Shown: one piece after another, positions 53,407 to 64,000 of the stretch
Numbering within the stretch: the first letter of the stretch is position 1
How the letters are laid out: each line of letters begins with the position of its first letter
Assembly: GCA_024679065.1 (NCBI GenBank)
Contig: JAGIQG010000020.1
Coordinates: 16,492,001 to 16,556,000, forward strand
Reading direction: 5' to 3'
Origin: Sphyrna mokarran
Taxonomy: Eukaryota
Length of the DNA stretch: 64,000 nt
Made by a program: the position numbers and the translations under genes
The notes under the pieces: model-generated
The model's input: only the letters and a program-made list of their open reading frames with translations
Told to the model about the DNA's origin: nothing
Database searches by the model: none

Positions 53407-53967
53407 TTCTGTTAGAATAAATGTGAAAATACACAAAGAAAATGAGGCAAATAAAGTTGGATCAAATCTTCCAAAGAATGCCATCACAGAATAATTACAA
53501 AAATCAATTAGTTTTTTTTAAGCAATGTTACCATGCTGATGGCCACCATTTTTAAAAGACAAGAAAGATGATCACAAAATACCTAATAATGCAACTTTAA
53601 AATATCAAGTATAAAATTATGTTAGTTCCAGGCATCAGCCTCAATCCATGCAAATAACAGGTTTGTAGCAAGTTAATTCGCCATCCAATTTTTCATAGCC
53701 TTGTGTTAAGAAAACAAAGAAAATGTAATATTTTTGGGTTGGTAATATCATTGTCATATTTCTCAAGCTGTTGAGGATTTGTGAGCATGGTAACTGGCGT
53801 AAGAGACAGGGTAACTGTGAGAACCTAAACCAATAATAAGTGGTTAATATAGTAATGGACCAAGGGCGACTTCTAACAGATGTTTACATAAGAGTAGAAT
53901 TGGTGCAAAGGAGAATATTTGCAGATTGTGAAAAAAGATGGAAGTAATTAAAGTAAATGTAGCATAT

Positions 53968-54060
53968 AAAACAGAAAATGCTAGAAAAATCTCAACAGAT
54001 CTGTCAGCATCTTTGGAGAGAACACAAAGCTAATGTTTCTGGATGACTCTTCATCACAAC
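53968..54060 (-). mobile_element. Penelope-type pLTR fragment, HHR core mutated
   Basis: rc gttgtgatgaagagtcatccagaaacattagc...agatgctgacagatctg. Confidence 0.6.
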
Positions 54061-54118
54061 CCAATTAAGGAGAGTTTACATTTCTTTTAAATCCTAAAAG
54101 CTAAATTTAAAATGTTAA

Positions 54119-54475
54119 CCAATTTTGGAAAGACTAATTTCTAAAGAGACTGGCCTAAGATAATGGAGGATTAAAGAGCAAAACTCTCGTTACGGAGCTA
54201 CTGAAACCTATGTGAAGGGGTAGCAGTTTAGAAGAAACAGCAGTTTTAGAAGAACTAAACTGCTTTTTAGTTTAGTTCTAAAACTAATATCAATTACCAA
54301 AAACAGTTGGCTCCATTCATGCTACTTTCTGGGAGTGTCAACTAGCTATTCCTGCTGAATGATCTAACTGCTACCCCTTCACATAGGTTTCAGTAGCTCC
54401 GTAACGAGAGTTTTGCTCTTTAATCCTCCATTATCTTAGGCCAGTCTCTTTAGAAATTAGTTTTTCCAAAATTGG
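54119..54475. repeat. 110-bp inverted repeat with 137-bp spacer
   Basis: 54119-54228 is the reverse complement of 54366-54475 with a single mismatch. Confidence 0.95.
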
Positions 54476-54586
54476 AGGAAACCAAAGCACTTGGAAAATG
54501 TGCAAACTCCATAGTGACCCAAAGACCCAAGCCTGGAATTGAACCTATGAGGCAACAGTGCTAATCACTATACCACCATGCTGCCC
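54474..54586 (-). mobile_element. Truncated HE1-like SINE (head and part of V-domain)
   Basis: ggaggaaacc...ggaattgaacc...gtgctaatcactataccaccatgctgccc. Confidence 0.75.
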
Positions 54587-56789
54587 TTCATCAAAAGGGG
54601 TTGGGGCATGTGTTACTTTGTAAGTACTTGATGGTATCTTCATCTATTTGAGGTTCTGATACCATGTTTCACTCGCTGTTCAGGTGAAAATTGGAATATT
54701 TTTAATATACATTTTGATTCTTGCACTGTGGGCAAGGGCTGGCATATATGCCAATCCCCAAACAGTCCATGTTTACTACCTGAAGGAACCACAGAAGTTA
54801 ACACATTTGCAGATTATAAATTACAATCTCTTTAAGCAAGGTTGTAATGCAACAATAATAAAGCACAATTATTGTAAAGGCTCACAATCTCCAGATATTG
54901 TCATATATTTAATCAGCTTCAAAGCAACAAAATCCACAGCATGATGATACAGAACTAACTTCATTAAATTCAACTGTAAGGGCTGAAGAGCATTGAAGAG
55001 GCCAAGGCAAGAGTCAAAAATTATAAAGCTACCATTAATCCTGAAAAATTAAGGAAATACGAAAACAACGATGATAATTTCTGTTTTATTTATACTGGAA
55101 GGAGGGATAAATATAAGTTGCAACGTGCAGTTTGTGCACAAGAAACATCCAAAGCCTCCAAATTACAGAGACCTCAAACTAAATATGAAATATATCGGCA
55201 AAGTTTTTTTGTAATTTTAGAACTAAGTTTTATATGGAAAATAATACCATATTGTGATAGAGGGTATTTATGTAAGTTTTATAATGAGAAGCTCTTGGAA
55301 GCAAAATGGTTAAGATCTGCTAGTCAGAAGTGGGTTTTTTCCTTAATGTAAACCAATTTATTTTGGTAGATTAACTAATAAAGAGTGTTCAGCAAAGAGA
55401 GAACAACATTTATAAATGCTACTTTAGCATCATCCTACAAACATACTTAATCACTATGTTATGAGATGGTTGAATTCAATATTCAGTGCAGGGTTACAGT
55501 GAAATGATATAATAAATTATTGACTAAGCTCAAAAACTTGGGGAAAATTCCTACATCAAGTCTCTCCCTTCCTTACCACTGCAAATAAAACAAAACTTTC
55601 CCCATGTCCTCTGAAATTTGAAAGCTCATATTGACCTTGATTCAATTAATTCACAGCTTAGATCACCTTGTCACAGTCTATGTGTTGCGCAATTTTATCA
55701 TCTCCTCACTTACGCAAAAAAAAAACGATGTTCAATTTCACTAAATGGCTTTTCTTTTCTCAAACTGATAATGGTTCTGCAGGCAGTCTCGTTACCAGAG
55801 ACAAATGATGTGACTGTGAGAAAGTTATGTCTGTCTGCTGAGCAGTGGCTCACCGCCAAATCCAGGCAGGCATACAGCAGATGGGACTTGAAAATGGCCA
55901 AATCTCCATGCATTAGCTACATCTGCTCATTATCAAAACAACTCTGCCATTTTATCTAATGGTTCAACTAAAGCATTTTATTTGATTCATTTCAGTTACA
56001 TTTTCACAATGCAATTAGTGATAAAATCAGGCTGGTCTAATGCCAAAGTGTAGGAAAACAAATTTAATATGCAGGGGCACTAAAGTCACACATGAAGCAC
56101 TAACAAACAACTTCAGTGCAGAAACATGCACTAAATATGCAAGAATCCTTATCTATTCAGTATGTTGATGGTATATTTACCGTCATTTGGAAAACATTTA
56201 TACTGTATTTCAGTTCATTAATTTTTTGAAAATATAACCTCTATTATTTGAGATGTGCTTCCCTTACCAGTAATATCACAAGTATAAGTACTGTAGATAT
56301 AATTACACAATTTTTATATTAACAGTACTGTTTCCTAGTAATCAGCAATTTATCACAGCAATCTTCTGGTAACCTTTCAATGTGGCTTGTCATCAGACAT
56401 CAGCTGCATAGAGTTAAAGGCCTGTCACTGCCACCATCACGTAATTAAAAAAGTGAATGTAAAGACCAAGGAATAAACATGCACTATGAAATTCAGAGTC
56501 TAAATCATACATTTCAGATTTGTTCAGAGAGTGCTGCTCTCATGCTTTGTGAGATTATTTAAAATATCACACAGATAATGACTCTTTAATCTCTCCTAGA
56601 TAATTTATGATTGATGACGTCTACTTGATACGGATTGAGCATACAACTTTCCAGTAATCAACTTCAGGTTACTTCTGGATATAAATTGGTCAAATTGATG
56701 GGCCAAGGTGTTAAGCTACTTAGCTGAATATCACCACATTGATGTTCACTTGACCAGTGAAACACAGAAAATGAAAACTGCAGAAGGAC

Positions 56790-58682
56790 ACGCCAGGAAC
56801 AACACCAGGCATTTTTAAAAATGAGGTGTCAACTTAGTGAAGCTACAAAAACTGGACTACTTGTAGGGCAAACAGCAAAGCAGCAAGTATTGGACAAAGC
56901 TAAGCACTCCCTTCGCCAACAGATCAGATATAAACTCTGTAGTCCTGACACATCCAGCCATGAATGATGGTGGACAATTAAATAATGGAAGAGAAAACTC
57001 CACAAATATCTCTATCCTCAATGATGGAGAAAGGCCCAGCACATTAGTGCAAAAGATAAGGCTGAAGCATTCACAACAATATTCAGCCAGAGGGGCTGAG
57101 TGGATTACCTATCGCAGTCTCTCCTGGAGGTCCCCAGTATCACTGATATCAGTCTTCAGCCTATAGGCCTCATTTCTTGTGAAACCAAGAAACAGCTGAA
57201 GACACTGGGCTCTGACAATATTCTAGTAACACTACTGAAGACCTGTGCTCCAAAACTTGCCACGTCTCTCGCCAAAATGTCCCAGTATAGCCACAGCATT
57301 GGCATCCAGCCTGCAATCTGGAAATTGCTAAGGTACGTTCTGTACGCAAGAAATAGGACAAATTCAATCTGGCAAATTACCACCCCGTCAACTCTCAATC
57401 ATTAGCAAAATGGTGGAAAAGGTCGTTAATAGCTAACAAACAGCACTTACTAAGCAATAATCTGCTCATGGAGATTCATTTGGGTTCCACCAGATTCACT
57501 CAGCTCCTGAATTCATTATACCCTTGGTTCAGACATGGACAAAAGAGTTGAATGCCACAGGTGAGGTGAGAGTGACTGCCCATCAAAGTAGTATTTGATC
57601 ATGTATGGCATCAAGGAGCCCTAGCAAAACTTATGTCAATGGGAATCAGGGAGAAAACTCTCCACTGATTGAAGTCATATCTAGCACAAAGGAAGATGGT
57701 TGTGGTGGCTGGAGGTCAGTCATCTCAGCTCCAGGGCATTACTGCACAAGTTCCTCTGGGTAGCGTCCTAGGCCCAACCATCTTCAGCTGCTTCCTTCCA
57801 ATGATCTTCCTTCCATCATAAGGATAGAAGTGGGGATGTTTGCTAATGACTACAAAATGTTCAGTATCATCCTTAGTTCCTCAAATACTAAGGCAGTCCA
57901 TGTCCAAATGTAGCAAGACCTGGACAATATCCAGGCAAGTGCCAAGTACTAGGCAATGACCAAGGGGCAATTTAAATATCACTGCTGACATTCAATGGCA
58001 TTACCATTGCTGAATTCCCTGCTATCAACATTTTGAGGGGGATTTTACTGAGCTGAAACTGCACTGGACTAGCCACAAAAATACTGTGGCTACCAGAGTA
58101 GGACAAAGGCTAGGAATCCTGCTGCGAGTAACTCACCTCCTGACTCCCCAAAGTCGTCCACCATCTAATAAGGCACACAGCAGGTCTGTGATGGAAGACT
58201 CTCCATTTGCCTAACGAATGCAACTCCAATAATACTCAAAAGCTTGACACTATCCAGGACGGAGCAGCCTGCTTGATTATTACCCTTTCCAAAAACATTC
58301 ACTCCTTCCACCATTGATGAACAGTGGCAGACGTGTGTACCATCTACAAAACGCATTGAAGGAACTCATCAAAGTTCTTTAGGCAGCATCTTTTAAACCT
58401 GGAACATAACCATCTAGAAGGACAAGGACAGCAGATGCCTGGGAACACCATCGTCTAGAGGTTCCCCTCCAAGACTTGGAAAATACAATTGTAGTTCCTT
58501 CACTGTTGCTGGTCAAAATCCTGGAACTCTCTCCCTAACAGCACTATGAGTGTGCCTAAACTTTAGGGACTGCACAAGTTCAAGAAGGCAGCTCCACCAC
58601 CTTACAAAGAGCAACTAGAAGGGCAATAAATGCTGATCTAGCCAATGATGCCCACATCTATAAAAAATGGACAAAAAAAAAC
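56790..58682 (+). mobile_element. CR1/L2-group LINE, 5'-truncated, decayed RT plus tail
   Basis: LLKTCAPKLATSLAK, FGFHQ, FDHVWH, VPLGSVLGPTIF and MFAND (FADD-like) RT motifs with frameshifts; tail gggcaataaatgctgatctagccaatgatgcccacatc..(A)n. Confidence 0.85.
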
Positions 58683-59344
58683 TAAATCTAAATTCCTCCC
58701 CACATGATTAGCAACTTGCACAAAAATTAACCGTTACAAGATGTGCTGTTTCAAACCATGTTATGCACAATTTATTTTTCTGTTGCCAAAATAAATCTGT
58801 AGGTAAATGTTATTAGTTGCTCAGTATAAATCTTAAGAAACCTTTTGGAAATAGCTGGCTTAATTCTGTCTTCAAAATTTTTTTTCAAATCTAAAGCATT
58901 TTGTTTAAAATGAAGGATGGTAAGTTGAACACTGTGGGCAGAATCTTCTGCTCTGAGGCTATGATCCTGAGTTGGAACCATTTCTGGATCCTGACTCTGC
59001 TCTGCCTGTCAGGGAGGCCAACTGGGAAATTTGCCTGGAGGCAGCCAATTAAGAAGCCCAATCAGAGGGCATGCAGCCTTAGAAGGACGGCAGAGATGGT
59101 GCTGCCACTGTCAGAGAAGAACCCCAGGACGTCTCCATCGAAGCGTCTGCTGAACAGGCTTGAATTGAATTAAATAAACTGTGACCACAAGATAGCCAGC
59201 AGCAGCAGCTGTGCCTCACTGATAGCGGCAGTACCAGTCAAGCAAGTGGAAGGGTTAACTCTCATGTACAGCTCTCATGTATCCCAATCCACCATCAACA
59301 CCTCACCTACTGGCTCCAGGCCTGCCACTTGCATGTCTCTTCAA

Positions 59345-61020
59345 CAGGAAGAAGAATGCGGAGTAGGCCATTCTGCCCTTCAAACTTACTCCAACATTCA
59401 ATAAGATCATGGTTTATCTAATGGTAGTCTCAAAGCCATTTTCCTGTTTTCCCCCATAATCCTAGCTTCCCTTGTCTTTCAATAACCTATTTAACTCAGC
59501 TTTGAATAAATTCAATGATCCAACCTCCACTGATTTCCAAAAAAGATAATTCCATAAACTAATGATCCTTGGAGAAAAAGATTCTCATCTCCATTTTAAA
59601 AGGGAGACCTCATATTTTTACAGTGTCCACAGTTCTGGTCTCCCCACAAAAGCAAACATGTACAATCATGTACCAGAACACCCAGATCCCCGTATAGTGC
59701 AATCTCTCTCTATTTAAATAGTATACTGCTTTACTATTCTTCCTGCCAAAGTGGACAAGTTCACATTTTCCTGTGTTATACACCATCTGTCATTTCATTT
59801 AAGTTGCCTATTCATTAAACTGCCCGTTCATTTAAGTTACCTATATCTAGATTACTTAATTCCTCTTGATAAGTTAATTTCCTACCTATCTTGATGGCAT
59901 CGGAAAAATTTAGCTATTATCACATTTGGTTTTTTTATCCAGTCAGTAATATTGATTCTAAATAGTTGAGATCCCAGCACTGATCCCTATAACATTCCTC
60001 TAACTGCAGCTTATCCTTACTCTCTACTTCCTGTTAGTTATTCAGTCATTTATCCATGCTAATATGTTACCCTTGACACCTTAAGCTCTTATTTTGGGAG
60101 TAAACATTTGAAGTGGCACTTTATCAAAAGCTTTTTGGAACTCCAAATTCAATACATCTGCAGATTCTCTTTTATCCATCTTGCTTGTTACTTCCTCAAA
60201 GAACTCTAATAAGTTAAACACGATTTCCCTTTCACAAAATCACGTTGATTCCGTCTGAACCCATTATAATTTTCTAATCATCCTGATTTTGGCTCATTAA
60301 TAATGGGGTCTAGCAATTTCCCTTTGAAAGATGTGAGGCTATGTGGCCTAAAGTTTCCTCTCTTCCTCTCATCTTGAATAAAGGTGTTACATTTATTATC
60401 TTCCAATCTCTTTGAGCTCTTCCAGAATCTGAGAAATATTTTAACATTAGAACCAATGCCTCTCCTATCACTGTAGCCACTTCTTGTAAGACCTAGGATG
60501 CAGGCCATCAGGTTGTGGGTCTCACTGTTTCCCCATCACCTTTGCCCTGGTGATGGTGACAGTTTGAAGTTCCTCACTCTCTCCCTTTCACCTCTTGATT
60601 TTCCAGAATCTTTGCAAAGTCTTCAAAATCTTCTATGGTGAAGACAGATACAAAATATCTATGCAGTTCTTCTGCAATTTCCTTCGTTCCATCATTAATT
60701 CCCCAGACATTCTCTCTAGAGCACTAATATTTTCTTTTAAAAGGGAAAGAGTAAGGGAGGAACTCTTACTAACTATTTTTATATTTCTAGCTATCTTTCT
60801 CTCTTACTCCACCTTCTCCCTCTTCATTATTTATTTTTTAAGTCATTCTTTGCTGGTTCTTACCATCCACCTAATTATCTGATCTGTGCAGATTATACAG
60901 TGTTTCTTTCAATTCGATACTAACCTTAAATTTCTTATTTAGCAACACATGATGCATCCTTCTCAATGAGTCTTTCTCATCGGGATAAATTTAGCGAAGA
61001 GTTATTAAATATCTCCTTAC
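59345..61020 (-). mobile_element. Decayed CR1 LINE ORF2 to 3' end
   Basis: rc encodes NFRPHSLTSFKGKLL, FQKAFDKVP and GSVLG RT motifs, plus a CR1 tail at 59345-59600. Confidence 0.75.
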
Positions 61021-62867
61021 AAGTCTGCCACTGCACCTCTATTGTTCAGGAAGCTGCTGGGCTTGGCCCTCAGCCCTTCTGCCCCCGGCAATATCTGCAA
61101 GATCTGGCAGCAACCTCAGTCAGGCCACAAATGGTCACTTATCGATGCAAATTGGCTATCTGCTGCAATCGGGCGGAAGATCGCCCTGAGATGGGAACCC
61201 ATCAGCTTTTGTGGAATTCCTCACAGTCCTGCCTCGAAGCTTGTCTCCTGGAGACCAAGATCATTCCGTCGCATTTACTGGTAAATTACAACTTGTGCAG
61301 CCTACAGTTAACGAATGCACATTTTTTAGTGTATAAGTTAATAATGGGGTTGGGAAAGACATTGAAAAACTTGTGTTATACAATACAACAGTAACTACAT
61401 TTCTAAAAGTACTTCACTAGCTGTAAAAATGCTTTGGAATGTCCTGAGGTTTTGAAAGATATCATATTAATCCAAGTCCTTTATTCATAGAGCCACTTTT
61501 TCATGATCACCACATTTCATTTACTTACGACAGCATATAATTTACAATGATAAATGTTAATATAAAGGAGTGAGCTGTAAACGACTCTATGCCCAAATGA
61601 AGAATCTTAAAGTCAAGTAGTATGATCAATACATAATTTTAATATGTACAAAAGTGATGTCATGAGAAATGCAAAATAATAGGATTATTTTTAAGGCCAC
61701 AATCTCATTTGCTGTTTTAGATGCAGTATAAATTTCAGTTCTGTTCCAATACTGTAGGATCTTGTAACTCCCCCACCAGTTAAACTATTGCTTGGTAATT
61801 AATCTCATCCATTATCCAGATATCCATTACTTTCCATTTAATGTTATAGCAGAATTCACAAGTGTCAATATGTGTTTGGAGCACCTAAATTTAAATATTA
61901 AGTGATAAAACCAGCAATGATAAGTGTATTATTTCACAAGATCCTATTCTGACAAAACATCACAGACCAATTTTGCAATCTCGTTGACATGCCAAATGGT
62001 CTACATCGTGCAGATATTAGTCACTGATTTATTGCAGATCTCTTCATTGTGATAAATTACTCTCTCACAAAATGAACATTTTGTGCAACTCCTACAACTC
62101 TAAGATTTATTGACACAGAGCATTTTAAAAGTAGAAGTCATGAAAATTTAGCAACCAGTGTTACAATTATAGTATATAACTATATAACTGCCTGTTGGGA
62201 GTTTGAATAGGTCTGTTCCCTTTACTGCAACTACAAGTATTTGCAATTTACAATACCATGTAAATTCTATTTCAACTACATCACGTCAAAAATGAATTTT
62301 CTTTGTATTTAGTAGCAAATATATGCAATCTACAACATGGATCATTTCCTATGTCCCCACGTCTATTTTCTGCAACATGCCTAATTTTAGATAATGGCAG
62401 GAAAAAAAATGTGAATGCACTTGATGCCAAAACAATCTCTATGGTGAATTTCAGGTGGGGCATCTGCTGTGGCCACAGGGAGGTTGCTAATCCAGAGGCA
62501 GTTGTGTTGACTGATCTCATAAAATATTTTGACCTGCTCCCAAAAGGAAGTAGTTAAGCACTGGCAGTGGGAGCAGTGAATGCAATAGACCGTATTGACT
62601 GGCCTTGAAGGAATGGCCCAGGTAGGCCTTCAATCATCACAAACAAACAAAGATATGCTCCTTTCCCAAGATTACTCTGTGGCAAGACCAGGAAGATCGG
62701 CTAGCTATTTCTTTTATAAAACGCCATACAGTTATCTCGTCTGTAGATCATCTACATTACTGGTAATGGGATGCAAAACATTGTGTTTGGATGAAAGCTA
62801 CTTTATATCCTTTCATATCACCACAAATAAAAATTAAAATGTGATAAAAATCTAAAATTTCAGCAAT

Positions 62868-63387
62868 AAACAAAGAAAATTACAGCACAGGAACAGGTCC
62901 TTCGGCCCTTCACGCCTGCATTGACCATGTTGCTTGATTTAAGTAAAATCCCCTATATTTCCAGGGGCCATATTCCCTCCAATCCCACCCTATTCATGTA
63001 TTTGTCAAGACACCCCTTAAAAGTCACTATCGTATCTGTTTCCACAACCTCCTCTGGCACCCACCATGCTTTGTAAAAAATCTACCTCGTACATCTCCTT
63101 TAAACTTCCCTCTCGCACCTTAAATCTACGCCCCCTCATAACTGACTCTTCCACCCTGGGAAAAAGCTCTGACTATCCATTCTGCCTATGCCTCTCATAA
63201 TCTTGTAGACTTCTATCAGGTGGCCCTCAACCTCTGCCGTTCCAGTGAGAACAAACCAAGTTTCTCCAACTTCTCTTCATAGCTAATGCTCTCCATACCA
63301 GACAACATCCTGATAAATTTTTTCTGTACCCTCTCCAAAACATCCACATTTTTGTTGTAGTGTGGCTACCAGAATTGAACACTATAT
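62868..63387 (-). mobile_element. CR1 (HER1-like) 3' end
   Basis: rc encodes VQFW*PHYNKNVDVLERVQKKFIRM...; tail tacagcacaggaacaggtccttcggccct. Confidence 0.88.
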
Positions 63388-63477
63388 TAGAAACACAGAA
63401 ATACAGGAAACTACAGCACAATACAGGCCCCCTCTACCTCCTTCACAGCAACTGCCATATTTCTCAGGTAGTCTCTG

Positions 63478-63720
63478 TTCTGCCATTCATGCATTCTAAT
63501 CACTTAATAGACACTTTCTCAGCCTTCTGTACCCTCAGTTACATTCCCTTTGTCCCATTTCACCCTCCTCCCCCGCCCCACCACCACTGTCATAGTATCT
63601 CTGAAGATTCTCTTTGCTCTCAGTTCTGATGAAGGGTCATCTGGACTTGAAACATTGTCTCTATTCTCTCCCCACAGATGCTGTCAGACCTGCTGAGATT
63701 TTACTGCATTTTCTGATTTT
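63478..63720 (+). mobile_element. Penelope-type pLTR with HHR core
   Basis: C/T-rich leader then cagtt-CTGATGA(63626-63632)-A-GGGTC(atctg)GACTT-GAAA-catt...cacagatgctgtcagacctgctgag. Confidence 0.7.
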
Positions 63721-64000
63721 GATTGGTTTTTTTATAATTGTCTTGATGAGTGCAAGACAATTTTTCAGACACTCTCTCAAAGCTATGTTTTTGACCTAGC
63801 TTTTGGTTACCTAACCTAGGATCTCCCTACATAGCTTGATGTCATACCTTGTTATAGACACTTCTGTGAAGTGCCTAAGTACCAGTTGCTGCTTGAATTT
63901 TAAAATTTTATTCACATTAGATGAATATTATATAAAACATTTTTAGTGGATGCCCATTATCTGTTCATGTTTCACACAGGTAGCTCTTGTTGAAGTAACA

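Noticed and set aside
54119-54475. Mitochondrial rRNA insertion or MITE as the source of the inverted repeat
   Set aside because: No recognisable rRNA motif and no target-site duplication at the ends.
60966-61394. 142-aa ORF
   Set aside because: Overlaps CR1 remnant and a GC-rich repeat; no domain or splice support.
40818-64000. Upstream FBXW8 exon (…VWD…AYEDG)
   Set aside because: No convincing match found by eye; presumed beyond the window, though a miss is possible.
1-64000. True tRNA genes, CRISPR arrays, prokaryotic or viral systems
   Set aside because: tRNA-like A/B boxes all head SINEs; no repeat-spacer arrays, operons or viral ORFs were seen.

Overview
Eukaryotic genomic DNA, AT-rich, almost certainly from an elasmobranch (shark/ray), judging by HE1/V-SINEs, SacSINE1-like DeuSINEs and HER1/CR1 LINEs. 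The window lies inside the FBXW8 gene (F-box/WD40 protein) on the minus strand. Three internal coding exons are recoverable with canonical AG/GT boundaries and compatible phases (40621-40817, 32494-32715, 5962-6089). The flanking exons were not found and are presumably outside the window. The rest is intron, packed with decayed CR1/L2/Rex1 LINE pieces, tRNA-derived SINEs, an internally deleted Gypsy element and GC-rich MITE-like repeats. Several Penelope-type pseudo-LTR fragments carry minimal hammerhead-ribozyme (HHR) cores. The most notable non-coding items are an HHR motif in the loop of a 52-bp inverted repeat just upstream of an FBXW8 acceptor, a related 41-bp hairpin, a near-perfect 110-bp inverted duplication, and a young CR1 3' end that appears fused to a V-SINE. 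Family names come from motif recognition and memory, not database searches; repeat boundaries are approximate.
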